Shown here one piece after another: positions 11,650 through 23,900 of a stretch of 40,177 nucleotides of DNA (position 1 is its first letter; every line of letters begins with the position of its first letter). This stretch comes from Sphaeroforma arctica JP610 (taxonomy: Eukaryota): contig NW_014040557.1 in assembly GCF_001186125.1 (NCBI RefSeq), positions 265,488-305,664 of the forward strand, written 5' to 3'. Below the pieces are notes generated by a model. That model worked only from the letters and a program-made list of their open reading frames with translations, was not told the DNA's origin and ran no database searches. The translations under genes were made by a program, and so were the position numbers.

Positions 11650-12918
11650 GACCTAACATATTGACCTCAAACTAACATTTTGATAATTTCAAGGAGAAAA
11701 CCATTATTTTGAATTTTTGCGTGTGCACATTTTCTAAGTAACCGATTTTGCGGCGGGTGATAGAGACTTCAATATCCAATGAATCCAGCGTTTCGTTGGC
11801 GCGCTGCAACTGTCATAGTCCAACGAACAATCTGGCGTCTCTAACTCTACACGAAACCAGCTGTTGCAAAAGATATTGTATGTTTTTAATTAGTACTGTA
11901 TCGTGTACGAAAATACTGTATACAGTTTTTCCACAAGACAAAATAATGGCTTAGCAAGTGCTGCTAACCATAGTGCACCCCTTTCTTCCACCGTTACAGT
12001 TATCGCCTCACTGCTAACAGGTGTCTCCACAGGTGAAATTAAATGTGTGTGTGTGTTTCTTTTGTGTGATGCTGTGTAAGTCTTAACCCGTTTTCCTGTA
12101 TGTGGTTTGTTAGCGAAACTGTAATAGGGTTGAGTATTTTTCTCTCACGTGGACATGTACCTGGAGTGGGTTCCTTACTGCCTGTCTCATGTACTGAATT
12201 ATCATCGCCTTCTATACCTAAAGCATATGGACGAAACCGAGGGTACGCATCAGTAAGTATGCGATCTCTGATCTTTGAACTAGAACTAAATTGTTCAGCG
12301 CTGAAGTGATGCTTGTGAATTCGGATGGTTTATCGCTTGCCGGTCGCTGCTCGTAAACGTACTCTTTCCTTCAGTCTTGTACGAGCAGTCAGACTGCGCA
12401 CTTTGGTGTGGCAGAAACACAGCATCTCGTTCACTAATACCACTTCCACAATCTTCCTCATCGTTACTGCATATACACTTTACCATTTTTTTCTTCATAT
12501 TTTTTAATTGTCACTGATTGCAATTGGAAGTTGTACTTCCACGTAATTGCCGACATGGTAGTGCGGGTTGTGGACACATGTTGACATGCAATTGATTTCC
12601 GCCATATGTGAAATGCAATGCATGCAACGGAAAATGTTTTGCGTTCACTGGTGCGTTGTTTGTTTTCCCTGCTACATCTCTCTTCCTCAATAAATGATCT
12701 ACAACGTCATCGCTTACGCCTGGTATAAGTATCTTTAACCAGCTATGTGCTCTTCTGGTTTCTGAATCTACATTGTGATCTGATGCACGCCCCTTAGGTA
12801 ATGAAATTTCTCTGCTTGTTTCGTCCATACAGTGGGCCACACCGCACATGCACTTACGCGTATACTTAACCTTCTTGGCCTCTGGCCCCGCCTGAATACG
12901 ACTCACTCTATCTGACAT
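11650..12918 (-). pseudogene. THAP-domain N-terminal half of the ISL2EU-like transposase
   Basis: RKCMCGVAHC...SLP...W...VNAKHF is a THAP C2CH pattern with the third Cys replaced. It starts just inside the right TIR and is followed by a broken low-complexity and coiled-coil-like linker (QLQRANETLDSLDIEVSITRRKI). Confidence 0.65.
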
Positions 12919-12969
12919 TGTACACTCGCCACGTTGTATGTGTGCACAGGTGGTCAAATTACACTATAT

Positions 12970-13073
12970 ATTCACATGTATGTATTTAAAAACACAATTT
13001 ACAGTCAAGAAATCGGCCGATAAGAAACAAATGTGTTCAAATTGCGGTTTGGTACTTTATAGTTTTGAGTCAC
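12970..13073 (-). repeat. Right terminal inverted repeat of the ISL2EU-like element
   Basis: TTTTGAGTCAC at 13063-13073, AATCGGCCGATAAGAAA at 13011-13027 and ATTTACAGTCAAG at 12997-13009 pair with 3953-4029. Confidence 0.8.
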
Positions 13074-13299
13074 CTGTGTACTAGTTTTTATATACAGTGA
13101 GCTAATGTAGTACATATTTACATACATACGTAAAATATTTGTCTTCCGAGTATGTAAATTCAAAATAAATATGTAAAGGCTGAAACAAAATATTTAGTAT
13201 GCCTGATTTTAAATAACCACGGCCAAAGAACAAAATTGCGGATGGACTTAGTCGTATGCCGTGGTGGTTTGATCCTATTATGGTGCATGTGTCGGTAGA

Positions 13300-14752
13300 G
13301 GGTGTTAAGTTCGCTGCATGTGCAAAAATGGGTCTCCAGAGATTGATGAAGGTATGGATTTGTCATTTGATAAAGTCTGCAAGAGTGTGGAAGACATGAG
13401 GGTCCGGCTGGCAGTGGTTAAAGAGAAGCGGTAGATAGGATATGGGAGTTCCTGAAAGTTAAGTATGGAGAGGAAGTGTTGCGTTTGCAGGTTGTGAAGG
13501 TTTTGAAGAGTTGTGTTGCGTGTCAACAAGTTGAGGGGCTTCGTGGTACTACAGGGTTGTTAATGCAGCCTGAGAGGCCGAAAGGGGTTGCAGTGTGTAT
13601 AGGCATGGATCATTTGACCTTGCCAAGGACAGTTCACGGTTCCGAAGGTATAGTAGTGGCCATAGATCATTTTTCGAGGATGGTGTGATGTCGGCCATAC
13701 ACGTTGGAAGAGAAGAATACTAAAGGGGTATTAGAGTTTGTTCAACAACAAGTGTTGCCTTGGGGTACACCTAAGAAGGTAGTGATGTATGAGGGTGGTC
13801 CGTTCGCCCTAGCAGATATGAAAAGTTTCTGGGCAGAGAGAGGTGCAGAATGCCATTACATATAAGTAAATAGGCATCAGGGCAATGGTAGGGCAGCGAG
13901 GGTCTTTCTTACGATTGTGGATTGGCTTGCTAAGAGCTTGCCGGTTGGGGAGGAAACTTTATGGCCAGCATGTATATATTCAGTTATGTTGGCGTACAAT
14001 GCGACAGTGAATTCTGCCACGGGTATCAGCCCATACTATCATATTACGGGCCGGCATTATACGGGGCAGGTTGATAGAGTAATTCAGGCGAAGTTGTTAG
14101 AGGTGATAGGTTCTGAGCTTTCGAGTGAAGCTGCTGTGCGGGAAAGATCGGTGGCCATTAGAGGTGAAGTAGCGAAGGAGGCGCAGGCAAAGGCGGCAGA
14201 CAAGAATAGAAAAGAGGCACCAGATTGGCAGCCGGGGCAGTTGGTTTGGTATACTGGTAGGTCCAAGGATAATAAGCTGGCGAAAACCTATTTAGTGATA
14301 GGCACGATTGTTATGAGGGAACACTTACAACGGATGTACAAGGTCAGAATTAATGGGAAGGTTAAGTCAATACATGTGGATTAGCTTAAGGTGAGGTTAG
14401 AGGATCCGAAGCATGAGGCCAGTATTAGAATACGTAGGAGGAAAGTTTGTTTGATCTGGCTCTACAATTATACTGGTGAAGGGGCAGCTAGTGTTACAGA
14501 ACTTGATGAAATGGTGGCAGTAATGCGATCAGCAAAGATAGGGAGGGCTTAATTCAGCTTCTGGTATATATGTTGATACGATAGTCGATGCGGCGAAGCG
14601 AGGTGAGAGTAGGGGCGTGGTAGAAGATACTTTGGATTTGGCTATGAAGCATCACTTCAATAAGAACAGGTTGAACAAGTTGCATATGTTCTTCCAGGTT
14701 ACGAGGGATCCGATTTTGCGGAAGAAGCAGTTGAGTAAATGGTTGAATGAAT
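13300..14752 (+). pseudogene. Ty3/Gypsy integrase (3' part of pol), decayed
   Basis: KSCVACQQ, IGMDHL, VAIDHFSR, GTPKKVV, HQGNGRA, LAYNATVNSATGISPY, WQPGQLVW, IHVD. It has internal stops, and the second D and the E appear mutated. Confidence 0.9.
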
Positions 14753-14779
14753 GAACTCAACACTAGTGTCTTGTTCATT

Positions 14780-14786
14780 GGGGAGA
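14780..14786 (+). other. Polypurine tract
   Basis: GGGGAGA immediately precedes the LTR TG at 14787. Confidence 0.7.
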
Positions 14787-15218
14787 TGTAATGACAACCA
14801 TGATTACCTCCGATTTAAAACAATATTGGTGTTATAAGTACCGAACTGTTCGGTAATGTTCCTGGTTAATATGAGTGCGAGAACTTCTAAGTGTAGGCGA
14901 TAACTGATAAGTGTGAAAACTAATAAGTTTGAAAAGTTCTAAGTTGTATTGTGCGGTTTGTTGGCGAACGGCCGCGCAGGCTCGAAAGAAGAGGAGGCTG
15001 GTGTATGATTGGTGCTTTGCGAACCGAAGTGCGGGGTAATATGAGCTGGAGGTTGGCAGATGACGATATATGTTGAATGGACTTGTAGGCTCGAAATTGA
15101 CAAGATACACGATTTGATTGGCGGCCGGATTCTCAATGAAATCCTTCTGTATTCAACAATCGAGGAAATAAATCTAAGTTCACCGTTACATTGTGTTTTG
15201 AGTCGATCTAAGATTACA
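14787..15218 (+). repeat. LTR copy B (3' LTR, 432 bp)
   Basis: TGTAAT...ATTACA, downstream of the integrase and PPT; near-identical to the reverse complement of 3515-3949. Confidence 0.93.
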
Positions 15219-16175
15219 TATGTACTATTTTATTTGTACTTTGAGCTAATACATATGTACATATAGAATANNNNNNNNNNNNNNNNNNNNNNNNNNNNNN
15301 NNNNNNNNNNNNNNNNNNNNNNNNNNNNNNNNNNNNNNNNNNNNNNNNNNNNNNNNNNNNNNNNNNNNNNNNNNNNNNNNNNNNNNNNNNNNNNNNNNNN
15401 NNNNNNNNNNNNNNNNNNNNNNNNNNNNNNNNNNNNNNNNNNNNNNNNNNNNNNNNNNNNNNNNNNNNNNNNNNNNNNNNNNNNNNNNNNNNNNNNNNNN
15501 NNNNNNNNNNNNNNNNNNNNNNNNNNNNNNNNNNNNNNNNNNNNNNNNNNNNNNNNNNNNNNNNNNNNNNNNNNNNNNNNNNNNNNNNNNNNNNNNNNNN
15601 NNNNNNNNNNNNNNNNNNNNNNNNNNNNNNNNNNNNNNNNNNNNNNNNNNNNNNNNNNNNNNNNNNNNNNNNNNNNNNNNNNNNNNNNNNNNNNNNNNNN
15701 NNNNNNNNNNNNNNNNNNNNNNNNNNNNNNNNNNNNNNNNNNNNNNNNNNNNNNNNNNNNNNNNNNNNNNNNNNNNNNNNNNNNNNNNNNNNNNNNNNNN
15801 NNNNNNNNNNNNNNNNNNNNNNNNNNNNNNNNNNNNNNNNNNNNNNNNNNNNNNNNNNNNNNNNNNNNNNNNNNNNNNNNNNNNNNNNNNNNNNNNNNNN
15901 NNNNNNNNNNNNNNNNNNNNNNNNNNNNNNNNNNNNNNNNNNNNNNNNNNNNNNNNNNNNNNNNNNNNNNNNNNNNNNNNNNNNNNNNNNNNNNNNNNNN
16001 NNNNNNNNNNNNNNNNNNNNNNNNNNNNNNNNNNNNNNNNNNNNNNNNNNNNNNNNNNNNNNNNNNNNNNNNNNNNNNNNNNNNNNNNNNNNNNNNNNNN
16101 NNNNNNNNNNNNNNNNNNNNNNNNNNNNNNNNNNNNNNNNNNNNNNNNNNNNNNNNNNNNNNNNNNNNNNNNNNN

Positions 16176-16665
16176 GCTAATGAATTTTGATGAGTCATCA
16201 TCACATGAATCTTGCGAAACGACTAAACGTAGAATTAATGAGAAATCGCGAATAGGTTAGAGCTTAAAGTTCGTAAACATTACGTAGACATTTAGGCTTA
16301 GTTGTAGGCCTTTAGACCGCTACGGGTCTGTCGGAAATTGTATAAATAGGGTAGTATAATATTTATCCTCAGACTTTAACACAAAGGATTAAGAAAGGAT
16401 AGAGGAGGATTGCCAAGACTACTTGAATCGTAGACTTTGACTTGAGTTGAGCCAAGAATCAAATAAATGATACTACCGAGAATTTTTGCCTGTCTTTTAG
16501 TAGGGTTTAGGGTTCCTATAGTACTTTGTGAACTAGGATTTTTGGACTCAGGGCTTTTCGGGTTTGGTCAAGGATTTGTTGAATCTTGGGATTGCCGGCC
16601 ACGATCAAATTGAGATCAGGACAGGAAATCAGGGTCAGGGATCTTATAAAACCAATAAAAAAAAT
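16176..16665 (+). repeat. Possible LTR-like remnant
   Basis: TATAAATA near 16341 and AATAAA near 16462 and 16654 in non-coding sequence next to a gap. There is no second copy in the window. Confidence 0.2.
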
Positions 16666-18658
16666 ACGTACATAATACGGCTATGTACATATATTTAACC
16701 AATTTATTATTATTAGGCATAGCCCTCTCATACATTTTGGGCCACATTATGCATTATGCAATATGCAACGTACCTGACTACCTGTGCATAGTGCTGCATT
16801 TGACTTCGTACGTATGTACTATTCAAGCAAGTTCTGTTTAACATTGCTTTATCATATCAGAAAGCATAGTACTAATCGAGCTAGATTTATCCAGTATCTT
16901 CACAGAACGTCTAGTACGTAAATACCATAGTTATCTGTTCGAGGTCAAATCTAAGATTATCAGTAAGTAGAATCGGATAGAATCGGATGTGTCTCACCTG
17001 TACACGTATGGTGTGGGCAAGTACACGCGTTGTGCTCGTAAACACATAGCTTTCAACGCGCACGCTTGGGAATAATAAATACTTGATCTAACAAAAGCTT
17101 ATCAAGGTTGGAAGGTAGGACTTTTCTAAATACTGTTTGTCGGATAAAATGTGCACTAATGAGGAGTTGAATTAACAAGCTTTCTATAATGTAAACAAAA
17201 AACGAAACCTGAAATTATGTCACAATTGGTTGTATGTAAACGTCCACGAAACCGAATATCCAATTGCAATCCAAATTTTGGTTGTAATCTAGTATTTTGA
17301 CAGGCTTTGCAGGTATATACTGATTGCCCATTGATTGATACAGAAGCGTATGTGTGTAAAGTGTTAGTGAGAGGCTAGTGTTTTGGAAATACTCGGGCTG
17401 CACAGTTGCTAATAGGGGCGAAGTACAGGTATGCCTCTTTTTTTAACTTGTGTATGGTACGATACGATACTTCGTAGCCTCTACGGCTCGCGTATTGCAT
17501 GGATACTGGTCATTGAAGAATCCAATGTACCCTTTACATATGCCATGCCACAAATAGCTATTCACGTAGCAGGTATGTATTTACACCCTCTAGATATGTG
17601 TCCCTACCGATAAAGTATGTGCTCACATCTATGAGACAGGTAATCACGCTTAGCAAGTGCAGATGCAATGAGTTGGTGCAATCCGATTGATGCAATCTGA
17701 AACCCTTGACCCTTTTCTGTATGCAACCAAACGAGTATGTGTATAGAGTTTGAGGGTTTCGGAGATACAGGATTTCTCAGAATGTGTATGAGTACATCAA
17801 TCTAATATCACACATCAACCATCAAATCTCCCATTTTATTTCTAATTGTGGCGTCTCATCGAGTTGGAACTAACACACCCATTGATGTATGTAAACACAC
17901 AATAAATTGGTATAAATTTACGCTATAAAGCTGTATACTGGGGCTATCGTCTGCTGATATGTCGTGGTTGTATATGCGTGGCAGTTGTTAGTAAATCATA
18001 CAGAGATTGTTATGCTTCCATTAAGAGTGAAAATTAACCTTGAGTCTAGTCTAATTGTGACCCTTAGAAGTCAAAGAGTTCTTGTTGCACTACTTAGTTT
18101 ACTTTAGCTACGCTTGATAGAATTATACTACAACTACATAACCATCTGGTTGAAGATGAGGGGTGAACAAATGGTGTATCGATCTATGCGAGGATTGGCA
18201 GTGGTATGTTATAGCTTGCGATTGCTACAAACCTGTGTCATCTACTTTCCTTCCGACATCCATTTATTTTGCCTTGATTCTTACTATTAAAGCGATCGGG
18301 CGAAGTTGTCAATCGTGAGTATCGGATTCAATACGATATTAAGGCAAAGTCACATTGTGCTACATTGAACTACCACTACTGCACGCTCAATATAGAAGAT
18401 TTAACAGATAATATTACGCAACAGACACTCGTTCAAAACTTATACAATGCTGAAATTGGAAGCACTCCCTCTCTGTCTAGAGGTCTTTATAGAACAGATC
18501 GTCATATATATCTATAGCTTCTAAAATCTGATCTGATTAAAGAATTTTCGAGCAAGCACCACTACAGTTTGTGATGTACCGAACAGTGTAGTGGGGCGAG
18601 ACAAGGCGTTCAATATATTGTCTGTCTTCAATTCAATTATATATGTGTGTGTGCATTC

Positions 18659-18660
<2 letters not shown>

Positions 18661-18724
<64 letters not shown>

Positions 18725-18780
18725 TATATATATAGTATATATTATATTATATTATATATNNNNNNNNNNNNNNNNNNNNT

Positions 18781-18853
<73 letters not shown>
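18661..18853. repeat. (TA)n microsatellite containing a 20-N gap
   Basis: Directly visible. Confidence 0.97.
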
Positions 18854-18857
<4 letters not shown>

Positions 18858-20910
18858 CATATGTGATATGTATATTTATACATATCCGCATATATACATA
18901 TCTAGTGTGTGTACATGTATCGCATACAGTGCGCGTGTTACGGCCTGTATGTTGATTTATATACATGTTGGGCGTCTGGGTCATTATACGCTTGGCCGCT
19001 AGCATTCCGGAAAGTATTGACAGGCCACGATACTGAATACCATCCTTGGTGATCACTGAGGTATGTATCAGTGCATTCCCGAGTGTGAATAAGCGAGCGT
19101 CTAAAATCGGCTGTAAACCCAATCTGCACTTAAGAATGTTGCACACTCTTCTCACGTGTGTACACACATATAGTGTTTTCTTGCACCTAAGTGTGGCAAG
19201 TATGTTTGTAGTCGCGAGTATTACTCGGGAGTCGTAGCGATAAATGCGGTAAGTCCGAACAGAACATTTCCAACCTCTCATTTCATTCGAAGGCTCTTCG
19301 CGTTATTGACGGCTAGCGAGGTGTGTCAGTGCTGCAGACTGTGTGTACGGTATAGCTTTAGGCGAGAGTATTGCTTACGGAATCCAAAGACCAAAGTCGA
19401 GCGACATCTCCTTTAGTATTTTCATATATTGGTTCATTCTGGAGGGTTCCTCATCCATGTCAGTCATAAAAGATATTGCTAGTGCGATTAGGCATGAGCG
19501 TTGCCTATGTATAATTACGACATTGGCGATTTTCCATAGTGGTTATGAATATACACTAGAGCTTCATCCAGCGGTGTTCTTTTCGCTTCGAATTGACATA
19601 TGCTGAGTATTAGTGCAATCAAGTGTGTGAATATGGAGTTTTAGTGCAAATAAGCGTGTATGGTATGACTCCAGTAGGGAGTGTTGTGCAATCAAAAGCG
19701 CTCTGATACACAAATGCGGAGTGTTAGTGTAGTCAGATGTGCTTGGTATGACTTCAGTTCGGAGTGCTGTGCATGCAAGTGACTTCTAATTCCTGTTTGT
19801 GGTGTGTTGGTGTAATCAAAATTGTCGGTATTCTTCAGTTGCGAGTGTTACTTTGGGTTCCAGCAACAAAAGCATGTAGTGTTGGTGTATATGGAAATTT
19901 GGGTATGTGGCTCAGTTGCGAAACTTGCCTAAAGACTCTAGAACCTAGTGTGAGCTGGCAGTACACTTACGAGTATGACTACAATAACTTGTTGTGAGAG
20001 CAGCTTGGTGTGAATGAGGCTTTGCATGTACGTGTTAAAATGCTAGAGACAGATCAGTGCATTTCGTAAATCCCAAATTGCATAAAATCACAGAAGTGTA
20101 GTATGGAAATGGGGGTGGTGCTCTATTCGCAAACACATACGAGTGTGTTGTGAGAAGGTCGAGTGTGAATAGCCGGTTGGCTTCAAATAAGAATAAGGCT
20201 GGTACGTTATTTATACGAGTAGCCGGTTTCGATAAAACAACTACTACAGTGAAGTGTGGCGTCGAGAGGAGTGTTGTTTATGCATATCAGATAAAAGTTC
20301 TAACCTATCCTGGCTACCAGAGTGAACTGCTACTTTTTAACAGGCGTATTGCTTATTCTTCTCAGATACGCAAGTGAGACCTCTCTACAATTTCACGCAA
20401 GTAGTGCTGCTTAAAACTGGAGTGTTGCTTGTGCCTTTGGAGAACAAACATACATTATTAATTCGTGATTTGGCTGCCATTCCGATTCGATAGGGTGATG
20501 TTAGCCTAAATTGTCGTCTGTCCTTTCCGGTCACAATTGTGGGTCGACAGTCCAACTGCGAGTGCGGAGTGGGGCTTCATACAAGAACTGTGGCTTTTAC
20601 ATCGGGGACTTGAAGGTATGTCATGAGTGCACAGTGTGGTTACGTATAAGACTGTGACTATGGTATCGAAGACTCAAAAGTATGCAGTGTGAAGTGTGAC
20701 TTAAAGTAAAGATCTCGCATTAGTAGTAGTAGTGCTGGTCTACTTACCCTAGTGCTGTCGAACGCTAAGCGGTATGTTATTGTGCGTGAGAGTTTCGTAT
20801 CATTCCTCAAACACTGTTGATGCAAACATATCTTTCTGTCACCATCCTCTTCCACCAGCACCCAGCGTCAGGACCGCTAAAGCAGAACACATACACATCA
20901 TACTACATAG

Positions 20911-23900
20911 ATGGCCAGCGAGAAATCAGCCGGGTTTGGCACGACCCCTTCTCACAGCCGAGTGGGCATGAGTTCAACGGATCGCATCGCTAGACTTCGC
21001 CCGGGGGTGTTGGAGAAGCCCTTTCCGTTACAGAAAAAAATGCCATCGCATTTGAGTACTGAGCGAATACAGAAGAAGACGCCATCGTATTTGCGTACTA
21101 AGAGTCTGCTTGCTACAATACAAAAGAAGACGCCATCGCATTTTAGTGCTGATGGAATACAGAAGACGACAGCATCGCATTTTAGTACTGAGAGTCAGCA
21201 TGGTACAATAAAGAAGACGACAGCATCGCATTTTAGTACTGAGAGTCAGCATGGTACAATAAAGAAGACGACGCCATCGCATTTGAGTACTGAGAGTCAG
21301 CATGGTCTAATACAGAAGAAGACGCCATCGCATTTAAGTGCCCTGAGCCAGCAGGCTACAATACAGAAGAAGACGCCATCGCATTTGAGTACTGAGAGTC
21401 GGTATGGTACAATACAGAAGAAGACGCCAACGCATTTAAATACTCTGAGCCATCAGGCTGCAATACAGAAGAAAACGCCATCGCATTTGAGTACTGGGAG
21501 TCAGCATGCTACAATACAGATGGAGAAGTCATCTACTGAGAAAATACGGAAGAAGACGCCATCGCATTTGAGTACTGGGAGTCAGCATGCTACAATACAG
21601 ATGAAGAAGTCATCTACTGAGAAAATACGGAAGAAGACGCCATCGCATTTAAGTACCCTGAGCCAGCAGGCTACAATACAGAAGAAGACGCCATCGCATT
21701 TGAGTACTGAGAGTCAGCATGCTACAATACAGATGGATAGGTCATCTACTGAGAAAATACGGAAGAAGACGACATCGCATTTGAGTACTCGGAGTCAACA
21801 TGCTACAATACAGATGGAGAAGTCATCTACTGAGAAAATACGGAAGAAGACGCCATCGCATTTAAGTACCCTGAACCAGCAGGCTACAATACAGAAGAAG
21901 ACGCCATCGCATTTGAGTACTGAGAGTCGGTATGGTACAATACATAAGAAGACGCCATCGTATTTAAGTACTCTGAGCCAGCAGGCTACAATACAGAAGG
22001 TGATGCCATCGCATGTAAGTACCCAGCGCCAGCAGGCTACAGAACTGATTCCCACCTTGTCACAGCCGTTGAAGAAGCGATACGTCAAGGTCACAGGCAC
22101 GGACAAGCAGAGAGAGACTACCGACACACACTACCAAACACCACTGAAGCCATTAACCGGATCCACGGCAGCAGTGAACACCACAACGAATGCTCCCATC
22201 ATGAGTACTTCTCTGCCACCCCCAACAAAGCCAACACGCACAGCCATTGAAGGCAAGCAGCCTGGAGATGTAAACGAGGCATACGACCGACAGACGCGAG
22301 TAGCAGAACGCGTTGCAGTACCGACGGAGGCTATAGATGTGGATGCCCTGGAAGAGGATGGGGAGAAAGGGCCGCATGTAGGTGGACCTACGCTGTGTAA
22401 GAGGGCTGGCCACACAAAAACAAAAGCAGAGCGTGCTGTGGCGAGGACGATCACAATTGACCTGACAGGCGAGGACAAGACAAGATCGAGCTCTGCGTCT
22501 CGCATTAGAGATTACGGTAGTACAATAGCTAGCTGTGCGGTTGGGGCCGGTGTGTTACCTCAGGTGTCTGTTGCACCTGCTAGGAATGTAGCCGGGAATA
22601 CCAAACGCGTGATCGGATTTGGTGTGGCCCTGAAGAGGCCCTTTGTCGAGGGTGGGCATGTCGGTGCAGATGGGAAGCAAGTGACCGGGATGGGTAAGCG
22701 TATAGAGAAGCCGGCCACATACATGGGTAGCCCTACGCGCAAGGATCCCCAGAGAGTTGTGCCGAAGGATGAGAAAAAGGGTTTGCCTGTAGGTCTCCCA
22801 GACAACGGCGAGCGCAATCAGCAATCCGCACAGACCAATCGCAGCACACCACGCGACAAAGCAACCGCTGCAAATTCAATTGCAAAGCGAGTGCACGTGG
22901 AGCATCAGGGGGCGTCCAAGATCGATCTGTTGGCGGTTCCCTGGGTGCAAAAGGTCCTTGCTGAGCCCACATACCTACCTGGGGACGGGGACGGGGACGA
23001 GACTTATCTAACACACGCGCCATCGATTTACGACAAGGTCGAATCGCACGCGGGTCGGTGGCTGGTGTGGCTGCCGGAGAGGGTGTATAAGGATTCGCCT
23101 GAAGAGAACTGGACATTCCGGCCCAAATGGGTCTTTCACCCGAGCGCCTATCCGAGACGCGAGCCCTTTGGAGACCTTGGCGTGCCGGATTATACACTCC
23201 TGCCAAGCAGGGTGCGGGGACTGAGACGCACACTACCTGCCACGAGTGAAGTATATTGGTCGATACAAGAGCGCGTACAAGGTGAAAGTGCAGATGAGTG
23301 TGACGGGTGTCATCCGGGTGCGCCGTACTTGACCCATGGCGTGCACTTTGAGCATACGCAAGGCAAGGATGGGTTCTTCTCGGCGCCGCTGATAAAGAAC
23401 CAGCACGTGATCCCCCGACGCCAGAGACACGGCTACGCACACCGAGACAACTTTCTACTGCCAGATAGAGTGGAGGAGCTTGCGAGCCAATGCACCGGTG
23501 CAGCCGATCGACAGTTAAACACACAGACACTCCGCACAAAAGGTACTGGAGTGAATGCAGATATGTATTCAAGCATACAGACAAATCGTGCAGAAAGTCC
23601 TGGAATGAGCCGCGATACGACCCGAGAGCCCCGTGCGACAGGTGCAGGTCGAACTGTAGACGCCAGTAAGGAGGGCGGGGAAACTGTGCATTCCATACGC
23701 AAGAGTGGGAAGTCAGAAAAGAGACTAATATCAAGGTGGATTGGTAGTCGACGAAAGAAACGTAAAGCCAGCACCATAAAGCGGGACTTGAATGAGTATG
23801 ACTCCGGACCAGAGAATGCCTTGAGCGATCCCAGTGACCTTACAGATACTGATGAATCCAGTTACAGTAGCGAGGGGTGGTTGCCTAGGCTTTATGGTGG

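Larger units (their letters stand above)
3953..13073. mobile_element. ISL2EU-like (PIF/Harbinger-related, PHIS) DNA transposon with nested insertions
   Basis: Paired imperfect terminal inverted repeats, a minus-strand THAP + HTH + DDE_Tnp_4 transposase, and a convergent plus-strand SWIM-containing ORF. Confidence 0.75.

Noticed and set aside
18591..19281. YI-repeat ORFs (and CV-repeat ORF 31998-32324)
   Set aside because: These are translations of (TA)n and (TG)n microsatellites.
18970..19610. Minus-strand spliced gene suggested by a GTAAGC...CTGAC...TAG intron at 19313-19378
   Set aside because: All three frames reach a stop shortly after the predicted junction. At best it is a pseudogene and cannot be supported.
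21028..22040. CRISPR-like appearance of the regularly spaced repeats (also 26081-26394)
   Set aside because: The intervening sequences are themselves homologous, unit lengths are codon multiples within a long ORF, there are no cas genes, and the context is eukaryotic.
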